Source: an uncultured Chloroflexia bacterium
GTDB lineage: Bacteria; Chloroflexota; Anaerolineae; Anaerolineales; Villigracilaceae
Assembly (NCBI GenBank): GCA_963754835.1
Contig: CAVWHR010000047.1
Location: 35,568-99,567 of the forward strand
Reading direction: 5' to 3'
DNA: 64,000 bases
The notes below the pieces were generated by a model. That model had not been told where the DNA came from and did no database searches. It worked only from the letters and a program-made list of their open reading frames with translations. The position numbers and the translations under genes are program-made. The number at the start of each line of letters is the position of its first letter. Position 1 is the first letter of the stretch. Below, piece by piece: positions 1-10,383 of this stretch.

Positions 1-1
1 T

Positions 2-493
2 TTTCCCTGTGGAGCAAACTGGTGTGCTCGTCGAAGTGCCCTCTTAGAAATTGGGGGATTTAATGTGAATTACGGTCGCCAGAGCAGCAATTTCTGGGGT
101 GGTGAGGAATTAGTAGCAGCGAGCCTCATTCACACACTTGGATACAAAATAGCAATTGTCCCTCAGGCTGAAGTATTGCACGATGTCGATCCTCAACGCT
201 TTCATTTAAAACATGTATGGAGAACCATTTTAGCTCGCACCCTTGTCTATTACCAAGCCCAGAAGGATCACTACGTTCCAATGGAGTCAATTATCCATGA
301 AACCCGAAGGAAAACTTGGTATGTTTTGCAAAATTTACTCCACACCCCGAATTCTTCATCAGACCGGAAAATTTCCTGGGAGGAGTTAATTATGAAAGTC
401 GGAGCACGACTTATATTATTTTTGTATCAGCTTCGAGATTTTTGCATAAATAATTGTCCACCGATAGCCCGATTTAGACGAAAATGTTTATGA
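2..493 (+). CDS. Glycosyltransferase family 2-like protein, C-terminal part (5' end outside window)
   Basis: Frame 2 is open from the window edge (FPCGANWCARRSALLEIGGFNVNYG..GGEELVAASLIHTLGYKIAIVPQAEVLHDV). This resembles the GT2 C-terminal core pattern (G.N..R....GGF...GED.el..r...G.ki...P.a.v.H). ORF-track fragment 65..493. Confidence 0.5.
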   Translation, partial: FPCGANWCARRSALLEIGGFNVNYGRQSSNFWGGEELVAASLIHTLGYKIAIVPQAEVLHDVDPQRFHLKHVWRTILARTLVYYQAQKDHYVPMESIIHETRRKTWYVLQNLLHTPNSSSDRKISWEELIMKVGARLILFLYQLRDFCINNCPPIARFRRKCL

Positions 494-518
494 GCGGCGT
501 CGGCGACTGACCAAAAGA

Positions 519-1725
519 CTACTTTTCTCTCGCGCGCAGCCATTCTTGAGCAGGTAATATTGAAAAAAACCAACTGATACCCCAAAGAATAATTAATAGG
601 GGCGTTCCAACCAATGCAGAAAGATAATTCCATTTTTTGGTGACATACTCTAATCCAATTAAGTAGTATATCAGATCAATCAGAAGGCTAATTAAGATTG
701 AAACAATTGTCAATTGATATATTCCGTCATTAAAAGGCCAAACAATCAATATACAGATTAATAAGACTTTGATAAACACTAGCGCGGTTTTTGGTTTCAA
801 CAACATCGCATGGATAAGTGACCAATTAGGTAGGCCAGATCGAAGCAATTTCAAAATATTCTGCTGCTTATTCTTCCAAATCTGTCTCTGACCCTTTAAC
901 CATCGCCCCCTTTGTCGTGCGAGACCCAATATGCTGTCCACTTTGGGATCTAATACCTTGGCTTCCTGAAAATAATGCACAGGAATATTCATTTCTGCCA
1001 AGCGCACAGACAATTCAATATCATCTACTTGTGATCCCAATTCCTGGCAAACTCGACAGAATATGTCGGCTCTAAACGCCATACCTGTTCCCCTGAGAGG
1101 AACAGACCAACGTAATCACGATCGTACCGTATCGTCAATTTTTTGAGACAAAATCTCCGAGTATGAAGCTAACGTGGTCAAGGGGAATCCGTCTTTACTG
1201 ACTCGAATCGCACGAATCCCTGCACAACCTCCACGCCGGGTTCAAACGCCATACGGATCTATTACAGAACTCGGCATCAACCAGCGTGTCCGCATCCAAA
1301 ACCGTGATGATGTCCGTATTAAAGAGCAACTCTTTCTTTTCTTTGACGAACCAGGAAAGAGCTTGTCCTTTTCCGGGGCAATCTTCACTGCGAGCATACA
1401 CTTCAACGCCCATTTTGGTAGCGATAGATATTGTTTGATCTGAGCAATGATCAGCTAAAACTGCAAAACTAATCGAAGCGTCTTTGTCCTTTTGGCTTTT
1501 TATTTGTGCCAGCGTCTGTTCAATTACCCGTTGCTCATTGTGCGCTACGACTAACATTAGCAGCCGGAGGCTTTGCTGTTCGCTGCCACCTTGAAGGATC
1601 GTTTTACCTGGTAAATGAACAACAATTAGAAATATTAACCGATAGATTGAATCAAAGATTACCAGGAACAACGGAAAAAGCAGTAATATGTACAATACCA
1701 AATCCGCCCAATTATTTACAGTCAT
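519..1725 (-). pseudogene. Membrane GT2 glycosyltransferase, disrupted (two -1 frame breaks near 1190-1250 plus in-frame TGA at 1116-1118)
   Basis: N-terminal fragment 1195..1725 has a TM segment, LMLVVAHNEQ and ITVLDADTLVD. C-terminal fragment 519..1082 has GTGMAFRADIF, VDDIELSVRL, QRGRWLKGQ and C-terminal TMs. Between them, shifted frames read VVQGFVRFESVKTDSP and PLTTLASYSEILSQKIDDTVRS*LRWSVPLRGTGMAFR. ATGA stop/start overlap with the upstream gene at 1722-1725. Confidence 0.7.
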
Positions 1726-3731
1726 TTTTGTGTTGGAGTATAGTAGCCTGCGAAGATTTGAAATGGAGTGTAAAAATATCTTTCATCCGATAATTGATAA
1801 TCCTTTGATGTTATCCCGCTCGTTTCGGGCAAAAAAGGAGTGGACCAAAATTGCTCAATTAACCATAAACCTGAGCCGGAAGGTAGTTTCTGACCGATCA
1901 ATTCATTTGTCAATTTTTCCGCCTCTAGATTGGATGTTTTCTCATTATTATAAGGCAAAGAATACCAGACCTTCTGCCCACACTCTGTGTTTATAAAATA
2001 TTGCCAAATTGGGCCCGGATAAGGTTGGATGATCAATATATCTCCCTGTTTTATATTATCGTGAATGAAGCCGCAAATTGGCTGTAATTCCTGAGTCTGG
2101 TAGGCTGGATCAAAAATCCCTAATTTGAGTACTAAAACTGCGGTTAATACAGTAACAATCATTGAAGACCCGCAGAATAGTCTCAGAAACTTTGTGTTGA
2201 TAAGATCATCAGTCAACACTCTTTGCAGATAGATTGTTGCAGTAATAATCAAGCCCAATGCCATACATACAACTACCAAAGCCAAAATTAAGTGGGCATA
2301 TCCGGCTCGCCAAAGTAATAGGTCGGGTTGTTGCGAGACAATTGATCGCCATTGACTGATAATCGGTGTTTTGGCGAAATTCCAGATATATACAGCAGGA
2401 AATACCTTTGAGCTATCATCGTAGGTGCTCAATGTAAATTCGGCAGAGTTGAAGAGCACCGCGGGTAATTGAATTGCGGCCCCAATTGTAAAAAGGGTGC
2501 CAAGAATAGCCCAACCCGCCTTCTTTAAATCTATTAATTCCTCGATGACAGGCAGCGAAGCGACGATTAATAGCGGTATTACCGGAACCAGGAAGCGACT
2601 TCCCCAAGTGGGTGTCCACCACTCACCATCATAAGCCAAGGCTTGATTTAGCAAAAGAACTATCAAGATCGAGAAGGGTAATATGAATAATACTGGCATC
2701 CGGCGGCCATATCTTACAAGTGATACCAATCCCAAGATACATACAGGCGAATAGAAAAACAGCCCTTTCCAGGGACTAATAAGAGGCGCAAGTAGTGCTT
2801 CCAATAGATGGGAATGTGATATAGATGTTAATCTGCCCAATGCATCATGCAGAAATGTACCCGTGAAGCGGTAAAAGATATCAGAATCTGTTGCATGAAA
2901 AGATGCCAAGTAAAAGAATAAAAGTATAAGAATAACAATACCGGCAAGCGCAACAGCACCAGCACCAGCCTGCCGCTTATATTTGTTCATATTCGTTTGC
3001 GTAAAAAATAGGTTAAATAACAAAGCAAAAGCTGCGACAACCATTGTTACTTTTGTCAGGGTAAGCACCGCTAAAATGATAATTAGCAGGCCGGCCAATC
3101 CAATGACCATCCACCAGCGACGTTTCGTGCTGGTCAAATGTAGATAAACGGCCAAGCCGGAAAGCAGAAGAAATGCGATAAATGGTTCCCTGAAAAGAGT
3201 CTTGGCATAAGGCCAGGCCATAGTGCTGAACGCGAAAAGTATTCCCCCGGCAATACCAGTAGCCGGAAAATTTAATTGGGAAGCGATAAGAACAATAAGC
3301 GCTGCCGAACAACCTGTGAAAAGGATCGGTAGAAGATATAAACTTTGAAGGTGACCAAAATTCGTATGTAGGAACAAACGATACCAGAGGGACATAACAC
3401 CCGGAAAACCCGGCTCAACCCCATGGTAACTACCCGCAATGCGGGAATTACCGTAAAGCTGTTCTGCATTTATCTTACCAGTCACAGCGAGATTCCGTGC
3501 AGCGCTGGCGTACAGTTCTTCGTCGTCAGAAATTGGCACGCCGGAAAAAGAGAGCAAATAACAGCCTACCGCTAGACTAAAAACGCAGACCATTGATAAA
3601 ACGGTATTAATTTCTCTTTTATTCGTAGACACATTATCAGCTTGCACTATTTTACCTGTGCACATTGAATTCGCGATCTTCACTGAAAGTTCAACAATAT
3701 TTATATTGAAAGAAAAGCCCAAAAAGATCAC
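1722..3731 (-). CDS. Polytopic membrane protein, candidate GT-C-type (ArnT/PMT-like) glycosyltransferase
   Basis: 669-aa ORF with 12 or more hydrophobic segments. Acidic first-loop motif PISDDEELYASAARNL, as in GT39/GT83 enzymes. C-terminal soluble domain of about 150 aa. 65-nt gap after the essC-like gene. The true start may be an internal Met (MVCVFSLAV). Confidence 0.5.
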   Translation of the reverse strand: MIFLGFSFNINIVELSVKIANSMCTGKIVQADNVSTNKREINTVLSMVCVFSLAVGCYLLSFSGVPISDDEELYASAARNLAVTGKINAEQLYGNSRIAGSYHGVEPGFPGVMSLWYRLFLHTNFGHLQSLYLLPILFTGCSAALIVLIASQLNFPATGIAGGILFAFSTMAWPYAKTLFREPFIAFLLLSGLAVYLHLTSTKRRWWMVIGLAGLLIIILAVLTLTKVTMVVAAFALLFNLFFTQTNMNKYKRQAGAGAVALAGIVILILLFFYLASFHATDSDIFYRFTGTFLHDALGRLTSISHSHLLEALLAPLISPWKGLFFYSPVCILGLVSLVRYGRRMPVLFILPFSILIVLLLNQALAYDGEWWTPTWGSRFLVPVIPLLIVASLPVIEELIDLKKAGWAILGTLFTIGAAIQLPAVLFNSAEFTLSTYDDSSKVFPAVYIWNFAKTPIISQWRSIVSQQPDLLLWRAGYAHLILALVVVCMALGLIITATIYLQRVLTDDLINTKFLRLFCGSSMIVTVLTAVLVLKLGIFDPAYQTQELQPICGFIHDNIKQGDILIIQPYPGPIWQYFINTECGQKVWYSLPYNNEKTSNLEAEKLTNELIGQKLPSGSGLWLIEQFWSTPFLPETSGITSKDYQLSDERYFYTPFQIFAGYYTPTQK

Positions 3732-3795
3732 GCGACCAACTGATCATATCGCATGATCTAAGTTTTTTAATGCAATATTGAGATGGTCTATTAAT

Positions 3796-6700
3796 TTATT
3801 TTTTCAACCGATTGGCCAGAGCTGATTGAGGATCTTCCTTTTCCGACCAGTACGCATAGGCTTGGAACATTTTCCCCTCGCCTCTTTGTATGAGATACCC
3901 TCTGCCTGGCGGGAGATTGGCTGCGCGTTGAAAAGCAGGGACGCGAGCATTGTTGAAATTTTCAACTCCTTCACTTCCACCGAGCAAAACCCCACATCCT
4001 TGTTGCTTCATCCTTTGCATAAAGGAAGGCCCTGTGCCTCCAAACTCCGAAGGTAATTTTGATAGATCGCCGGCGACTATAAAAGCGAGGCCGTATTCTT
4101 CACCGCTAACCAGGCAATTTGTGAGTTTGTTTCTTTCGTTGCTTTCTATCTTGCTGGAAAATAATTCATAGCTATCGATAGCAACTAGAATTTGGGGTAA
4201 TGGTTCAAGGACCTTCCCAATATCGAAAAAATCGGGGTTCTTAGCGTATGCTTTTTCAGTCAAATCCACCCGTTTCTTAATCTCCTTTTCCAATTGATCC
4301 AAAGTCGGCTCGAGATCGGATTTTATTCCAACATATTTTTCCATCAAGGAAAGATGTCTCAACCCCGACAAATTCCTGCTGTGAAAATCAATCAGGTAAA
4401 TTTGAATATCCTTTTTAGTATAGTGCTCGGACAAACCCATCAACCAGGTGTTTAGCAGGGTAGTTTTGCCCGACCTTGGTGTTGACCCAGCTATAAGAAA
4501 AGATGGGCCATCTCTGTCGAGTGAAAACCCTACCTCTTTCAGCGTTTCATAATCTTTGCCAAGCGGTAAAAATAACGGACGTTTTGAAGTGGATACTGAG
4601 GTTCGTTTATCAGGTAAGGGCAGCGTAATCAACAACGGAAGACTTCCGATGGAAGGCGGAGTTTCCCCATGTTGGTTATCCCAGGCCTTGGTCATCTTTT
4701 CCGCTAAGGCTTTAAGGCCCGCAAATTGTTCACTGTCGGTTTCGCCTTTTACAGGTAGTGCTGCTTGAAACTCAAGAGGAGGAGACCCTCTAAGCAGACC
4801 ATGCCCCGGAACCGGCATTTTACTTATATCCTCCTTGATCTTTGCCTCCGATGGCTGCCCTACGATCTCAAAATAAGTACGATGATCAGCTTGATGCATG
4901 GTCATTCTCAGGTTAATGTTCCCAAAAAGGTCCTGTGGCAAATCTGAGGGAAGATTACTCGCGATGATGAGATGAACACCGGTGGCCAACCCGCCGCTCA
5001 CCAAAGAAGTGATGCTGCCCACAAGCTCTGTGCCACCGGGAGTATTCAGAAAAGTTCGCTTCAGGTTAGAGAATCCGTCAATCACCAGGTAAATTGTCGA
5101 CAGCTTTTGGGCCTTGTTTTTGAGATTCGCATTGTAATCAGCCAAGTTATCCATGGAGGTTTGGCGGAATATTTCATTGCGTTCCGCGATCCGGGCATGG
5201 ATGAACTCAATGAGACGCTGCGCTTTCTCGATTTCGAACCGCGTGATTACCGCGCCTACATGCGGAAAATCTTCAAGTATTTTAAGAGCGGATTGACCAC
5301 CGAAGTCCAGAATGTAAATCCATGCTTCATCCGGAGTCTTGGTATGGACGAGGGATGAAACAAAGGTCCGCAAAAGTGTGCTTTTTCCGGTCTTGCCAGA
5401 TCCAAAAATCAGTATATGGCCTTCACCGCGAGAAGGATCGACTCTCAATATAGACTGTCTTTGTTGGGCTGGTTGATCGCATAAGCCGATAATTGGATAT
5501 ACTGTCGAATCTGAGGATGCCTCGGTATTTCTTGCACGACTTTGTTTCCACTTCGAGGTACGGTCATCCCATCCGCCCTCGATGCTTTCCTGCAAGAGGT
5601 CAGGTAAATACAATCGTTCGGGTAATGGGTCGGGCCAAATCGCACGTGGTTTTCTCACATTTAGATTTTCAGCCGCGTATATTAATCGTTCTGCAATCAC
5701 TTGTGACTCAGTTCGTTCGATGGCTAAGGATTGGACTCCTTCCGGTAATGTCTTGGAAAGCGAAACTGTATCATGGCTCGCAAATCTGTACGGACCGCCT
5801 GAATACGCTGCTTGGAAAAGGTGCCTGGTTTGGGCAGCAAAATAGGCTCGTCCTCTGGGGAGGGCGACTGCGTCTCTTATGCCGATCATTTGGATGCTGT
5901 CTTGCGGATCACTAACCCGTAAGCAAATCCGGAATGTGGCATTTTGCAGGATTTCCGGATCGATCGCCGCTTGAATATTTTGTGTAGCTAAGACTAGGTG
6001 AATGCCAAGGGAACGTCCAAGCCTTGCGATACTGATAAGGCGGCGACTCTCCTCGGGGTGTCTTTGTTTGAACTCCGCAAATTCATCAAAGATGATTACT
6101 AACCTGGGCAATATGCGTTTTACGGGCAATTTACGATACTCGTCAATGTGTGTTCGTCCCAAGCCAAATGAGCTTCGTGCATCTTCCAGTACTTTCTTTC
6201 GGTGTTCAATCTCACCGCTCAAGGCCAATATTACGCGTTCCGCATAGGACGCATGAGTCTCGATATCGGTTACCACGCCAACGGTATGCGGCAAATGAAG
6301 AAGTTCGTTGAAAGCCGCGCCACCTTTATAATCAACCAAAGCAAAGTTTAAATCATAAGGATGATGAGTTAGCGCAAGAGCAAGAATAATTGTCTTAAGT
6401 ACTTCGCTCTTGCCCGAACCGGTAATTCCGCCAATCACCCCGTGCGGCCCATGAGCACCGTCCTTGTCACTCAAATCAAATATCAAAGCGGCTTTTTCAG
6501 AAATCCTCCCAATGGGTACCTTTAAATAATCGTAAGGCGATCCATTTTCCCACCAACTCTCGATGGGCAGCTCTTCTAATTTGCTAACACCAAATAATTC
6601 CAGAAAACCCAGACGAGTAGGTGGACGGGAGAGATCAGCAACCTGGTTCCAAGAAATAGCGCCAAGTTTTCTTGCTAATTCTTCGGCCTGCTTCACACTC

Positions 6701-7893
6701 ATGACATCCGGCCGATCACATCTAAACACACTTCCTCCCACCCCCGTTTCCTCGTAAATCCATTTGTTATCTTTAGCCTGGATGGTCGCTCCGCAGCCTC
6801 CGGGAATATCCTTCACATTTGTTTCCAAAAAGATGCCGTGGACTCCAAGTTCGCGTCCTTTTTGAAATAGCAGCGAGAGCGCCGGATGATTGTAAGACGT
6901 TGAAAGCTGATCAAAAATTATGAGAACCTGTGGAAGAATGACCGGCGTACTGGAAGGGTTTTTAGCTTTATCGTGGTCGGCTTCAATAATTTCCTCACGG
7001 CTTTGCAGTAATTTTTCGAGGGAATTCATGAACTCGGTACGAGCTTCTTTGTTGTTGGCTGATTGGGACCCGCGCCATTCCAGCAGGGTTGTCGCATGAG
7101 GTAGATGGTGCATCCAATCCCATTCAGCCCAAATAACACTTTCTTCACCGATTCCCGCAACCTCCACTTCTGTATACCAGTGATGCACCGCAATTTGAGA
7201 AATAAGTGCCCGAGTGATGTCATGCACTTCTCTTGGTTGACCTGCGATACCGATTGATCCGGTTTTTGGAAAGTTGAGAGTTACTGGAGCATCTGTAACC
7301 GTCGAATACTTCTGAAATAATTTATCGGCAATAATATATTCTTCCGTAAGCTCATGGGCGCGGCCTTTGGGGTCCACTTTTGTAAGCGTAATGGATGCAT
7401 TCACGGAGCCCAGGCCCAGTCTTGGACAAAGAAAGTCTGGATCTTCCGGACGTCTTTCTCCAATTCGCCGGTCCTGGTTGTTGACTCGACGAGTACACTC
7501 ATTCGTGTCCGGGCTTATATCCAGCATGATTTGGCGCTGAAGTTCCTGTATAGATCGTAAGCTTTTATCTGCAGCAGCCAGAGTATCGTTATATTCTTGT
7601 TTGGCCCGGGCGAAATCCTGATCATACTTTTTCTTTGCGGCACGGGAAGAAAACCATGTTCCGACGTAGGAGACCAACATTATGGGCAAGAAGATGAGAT
7701 ATCCAAAACCTGCACTACCGCCCCCTGAAACAAGCATAACAAAGACAATAGTAAGGATGATGGCGCCAAATGAAAGCAGGATGGTAATACGATCTAAAGG
7801 TCCCGGCCTGGATGGTAAAGTAGGCGGCGATGGAATCTCAATTGAGTCTTTCGGAAGAGGTTTTTGAATTCGAGGTGGACGGTTGAAGGACAT
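3796..7893 (-). CDS. essC: Type VII secretion FtsK/SpoIIIE-family ATPase (EssC/EccC-like), three P-loop domains
   Basis: 1365 aa. Two N-terminal TM helices (ITILLSFGAIILTIVFVMLV, GYLIFLPIMLVSYVGTWF). Walker A motifs GGITGSGKSE, IFGSGKTGKST, IAGSTPRSGKTT. Walker B-like LVIIFDEFAEF, IYLVIDGFS, ILVAIDSYE. Adjacent to three WXG100 genes. No N-terminal FHA domain. Confidence 0.9.
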   Translation of the reverse strand: MSFNRPPRIQKPLPKDSIEIPSPPTLPSRPGPLDRITILLSFGAIILTIVFVMLVSGGGSAGFGYLIFLPIMLVSYVGTWFSSRAAKKKYDQDFARAKQEYNDTLAAADKSLRSIQELQRQIMLDISPDTNECTRRVNNQDRRIGERRPEDPDFLCPRLGLGSVNASITLTKVDPKGRAHELTEEYIIADKLFQKYSTVTDAPVTLNFPKTGSIGIAGQPREVHDITRALISQIAVHHWYTEVEVAGIGEESVIWAEWDWMHHLPHATTLLEWRGSQSANNKEARTEFMNSLEKLLQSREEIIEADHDKAKNPSSTPVILPQVLIIFDQLSTSYNHPALSLLFQKGRELGVHGIFLETNVKDIPGGCGATIQAKDNKWIYEETGVGGSVFRCDRPDVMSVKQAEELARKLGAISWNQVADLSRPPTRLGFLELFGVSKLEELPIESWWENGSPYDYLKVPIGRISEKAALIFDLSDKDGAHGPHGVIGGITGSGKSEVLKTIILALALTHHPYDLNFALVDYKGGAAFNELLHLPHTVGVVTDIETHASYAERVILALSGEIEHRKKVLEDARSSFGLGRTHIDEYRKLPVKRILPRLVIIFDEFAEFKQRHPEESRRLISIARLGRSLGIHLVLATQNIQAAIDPEILQNATFRICLRVSDPQDSIQMIGIRDAVALPRGRAYFAAQTRHLFQAAYSGGPYRFASHDTVSLSKTLPEGVQSLAIERTESQVIAERLIYAAENLNVRKPRAIWPDPLPERLYLPDLLQESIEGGWDDRTSKWKQSRARNTEASSDSTVYPIIGLCDQPAQQRQSILRVDPSRGEGHILIFGSGKTGKSTLLRTFVSSLVHTKTPDEAWIYILDFGGQSALKILEDFPHVGAVITRFEIEKAQRLIEFIHARIAERNEIFRQTSMDNLADYNANLKNKAQKLSTIYLVIDGFSNLKRTFLNTPGGTELVGSITSLVSGGLATGVHLIIASNLPSDLPQDLFGNINLRMTMHQADHRTYFEIVGQPSEAKIKEDISKMPVPGHGLLRGSPPLEFQAALPVKGETDSEQFAGLKALAEKMTKAWDNQHGETPPSIGSLPLLITLPLPDKRTSVSTSKRPLFLPLGKDYETLKEVGFSLDRDGPSFLIAGSTPRSGKTTLLNTWLMGLSEHYTKKDIQIYLIDFHSRNLSGLRHLSLMEKYVGIKSDLEPTLDQLEKEIKKRVDLTEKAYAKNPDFFDIGKVLEPLPQILVAIDSYELFSSKIESNERNKLTNCLVSGEEYGLAFIVAGDLSKLPSEFGGTGPSFMQRMKQQGCGVLLGGSEGVENFNNARVPAFQRAANLPPGRGYLIQRGEGKMFQAYAYWSEKEDPQSALANRLKK

Positions 7894-7976
7894 GTATAAT
7901 ACCTCCCGGTTGTGTATTTAACCCAAACTTTTCCCTCTTATCTGGGCGCATATCATAGACAAGTCGTTATTAAATT

Positions 7977-8004
7977 CCCCCAACAATTTCTAAATTGTTG
8001 GGGG
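7977..8004 (-). terminator. Hairpin between the last WXG100 gene and essC (possible attenuator or partial terminator)
   Basis: CCCCCAACAATTT / AAATTGTTGGGGG inverted repeat (13 nt arms, 2-nt centre, so the inner pairs must open). On the minus strand it is followed by AATTTAATAA. Confidence 0.4.
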
Positions 8005-8034
8005 CTAACTTTTGTTCTGAGTTGATGGTGAGGA

Positions 8035-8304
8035 CTAAAGGCCGCTGTCAGTTTCACCAAAGGCCGTGGCGGCTCGTTGCAGCAATTGGCCCGCCTGTCC
8101 AAGCGACTGGATGGCTGCAGTAAGACTGGGTTGCATTCCCTGCCATTCCTGAAAGATCCTTTGAGCGCGGTTCCCAGTGAACTGGCCTTCAAGACTGTTC
8201 ATTAAGGATCGGGCTTGTGTCACAAGCGCCTCAAGATCAGCTTGTCGGGACATGAACTGCGAGCCAACACCTGAAACCTGACCTGTATCAATACGAATAG
8301 TCAT
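8035..8304 (-). CDS. WXG100-family protein
   Basis: 89 aa helical hairpin with a central W-x-G (IFQEWQGMQPSL). Sits beside the EssC-like ATPase. Confidence 0.85.
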   Translation of the reverse strand: MTIRIDTGQVSGVGSQFMSRQADLEALVTQARSLMNSLEGQFTGNRAQRIFQEWQGMQPSLTAAIQSLGQAGQLLQRAATAFGETDSGL

Positions 8305-8371
8305 TTTAGCCTCCTTGGCATGAATAAATGGACCTCAAATTATGTTTTGTTCTTTGTTTAGAAGTTAGGGC

Positions 8372-8644
8372 TCAGAACTTCTTGTCGACATGTTCGTAAC
8401 GTTCTGCCATGGCGTGCAATTCCCGGGCTATATTATTCAACAGAGTCTCAAAACCTCCTGAAGCTTGACCCCATTGCTCATACTGTTGATAGAATACTTG
8501 TTTGCTGGCCCCTTCCCATTTTTTCTCTAATTGACCGATGACTTTATCCAATCTTTTGGCGATTTCCGATGTATCCTGGCCCGCTTTTTTAAATTCCTCG
8601 GCTGCTTCGTGCAAGTCCTGGGGAGAAACTGTTGCGCCACTCAT
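8372..8644 (-). CDS. WXG100-family protein with C-terminal YxxxD motif
   Basis: 90 aa with central KKWEGASKQ (W-x-G). The C-terminus AERYEHVDKKF contains Y-x-x-x-D, the motif known as a T7SS export signal in actinobacterial substrates. Confidence 0.85.
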   Translation of the reverse strand: MSGATVSPQDLHEAAEEFKKAGQDTSEIAKRLDKVIGQLEKKWEGASKQVFYQQYEQWGQASGGFETLLNNIARELHAMAERYEHVDKKF

Positions 8645-8650
8645 AATAAT

Positions 8651-8932
8651 TTACCCGACGACATCCGGAACTTCCACGTATATGGTTACATGAATATTTT
8701 CTATGGTTTGAGCGTCGCTCATCAAGGATTCGGCAAGCGAATTCACTCTAGATGGCTGATTTGCAAATTCATCGAAGAATAAATCCTTGGAATGTCCCAG
8801 CCAATTCGTATCAAGCGTATCGCGGATGGAATTCAGGTTACTTGACGACGTGCGCAATTGAGCAGCGGCCCGCCTAAATTCTTGTGCAATTTCATGTGCT
8901 TCAGGTGGAACAAAAGTTCTGGCAACAAGCAT
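8651..8932 (-). CDS. WXG100-like protein (divergent, W-L-G)
   Basis: 93 aa with central LDTNWLGHSKDLF. Same operon, with a 6-nt gap to the next WXG gene. Confidence 0.65.
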   Translation of the reverse strand: MLVARTFVPPEAHEIAQEFRRAAAQLRTSSSNLNSIRDTLDTNWLGHSKDLFFDEFANQPSRVNSLAESLMSDAQTIENIHVTIYVEVPDVVG

Positions 8933-9164
8933 TTTTATGCTCCTCCATGAATTTACCCGATTGCCATCGTGTGAGCAATAGTATATAATCTTGACAGGAA
9001 TTAGTCAATAGGCTTTTTACGCGTTGTTGGGAAATTGTAATTTGTTTATTGTTTTGGCCGGGATATAATAAAGGTCAACTCGTCAATTGAGAGACGTTAA
9101 TTAGATAGTCATCATTGCCGGCTTTGCTGGCAAAGCTAATGAGTGTATTGTACTGATATCAGGC

Positions 9165-10351
9165 GTGGAGACAGCAATCGTGATCATTCAGGTCGATCCA
9201 TCTCTTCTCCATAGTAATGCGAATCAAATCCAAGAAGTTGGCGGTGATATATCTTCGCGGATCAGCAGCGCAGTCAGCGCTGCAGAGAGCGCTCCCAGTT
9301 ATGATGGGCAATTTGGGCCCAAAGTTGCAGCTATTGGAGCCGAGGTCGGTACACGCGGGGGTAATTTATCGGCATTATTGGGAAGCCTGGGTGAAAGACT
9401 GGGAATCAAAGCTACAGAATTTCAAAACGTTGATGATGCAGGCCTACCAGAGATTACCAGTTTTAGCACAGGTGTAATAAGTTGGCTGGAATCTTTCCTC
9501 TTTCCTAATGCTGGAGGAGGCACATTAGTTTCTTTACAAAGGTATCTTTCTCTCGGCAGCCTGCTTAATGGGAACGGAGCCAATCTTTCCTTCGGCGCGT
9601 TGTTTGCCATGATATTTGGATCAAGCCAAATGTGGGGTGGTTGGACTTTCTCCAGTATTGAACGTCCTGCCTGGTGGCCAGGTTGGCTGCCCTGGCTGTC
9701 GCAAGAGCCGGCCAGTATTGTTTCACCGATCCCCGATGACAATCCAAAACCTAAAACTACATTTGGAGATTTGCTGAAGGAAACGCCAGTCGCAAGCCCT
9801 TCCGCACAGGCAAGTGCACGCACCGACAACGGAATCATACGATGTTTATTACAACGTCCCCACCGAGGGGCAGAGTACGTTAAATAAAGATCATGGCTGC
9901 TCGGCGACGGCCGTAAGCATGTTGGTTGATTATTATCACGCTCAAAATGGAGCATACGCGGCTGCCACTCCGCAACAAATACAGACGCCTTTTGGAAATT
10001 CGGGTAATAATATTTCCATGTCCGACACGTCAGGTGAATTAACAAAGCTTGGATATAAGGCTTCATGGACATTTAATGGAGACCCGCCCGGGAAGACCGT
10101 TACGATGTCTGATCTACAATCGGCGCTTAAAGACGGGCCTGTAGCGGTGGTAGCAAAGGTTAAACTCGTCGGGTCGAGCGATGGGACCGGTACAATTGAT
10201 GGCCCTGGATGCTTATTCTCACGCACTAGTCGTTAAAGGCTTTGGAAAAGATACCGTCGTGGTCAATGACCCATGGTCAGGCAAGGAACTTCAAATCCCC
10301 GACGCCACATTTACTCAGATGTGGTCGGGGGGAGCAACGCCATCTTTGTAG
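9165..10351 (+). pseudogene. Candidate T7SS toxin: shared WXG/LXG-like N-terminal domain + W/P-rich linker + papain-like (C39-like) cysteine peptidase; two +1 frame breaks as assembled
   Basis: Fragment 9165..9887 carries the N-domain (VDPSLL..APSYDGQFGPKVAAIGAE). Fragment 9814..10236 has QSTLNKDHGCSATAVSMLVDYY (Cys nucleophile region). A third frame runs to TAG at 10349-10351 and has AYSHALVVKGFGKDTVVVNDPW (His region). Confidence 0.6.
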
Positions 10352-10383
10352 TCCGCCCTTCGTAAATAAGGGATAGCACTTTT

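Noticed and set aside
1116-1118. In-frame TGA in the GT2 gene as possible selenocysteine or recoding.
   Set aside because: I saw no SECIS-like hairpin immediately downstream. TGA is used as an ordinary stop elsewhere (e.g. 45222-24, 49266-68). The gene also has two frameshifts.
8933-9164. Divergent intergenic region between the WXG operon and the toxin operon. Possible promoter: TATAAT at 9064-9069 with a weak -35 (TTTGTT) 17 nt upstream.
   Set aside because: The -35 is poor and I cannot judge promoter consensus for this lineage. Not listed as a feature.
9422-10072. 216-aa antisense ORF over the toxin-peptidase gene, and the similar 12988..13512 (-) ORF over the YukD-FHA gene.
   Set aside because: They fully overlap sense frames that have clear domain motifs. 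No SD sequence and no recognisable features.
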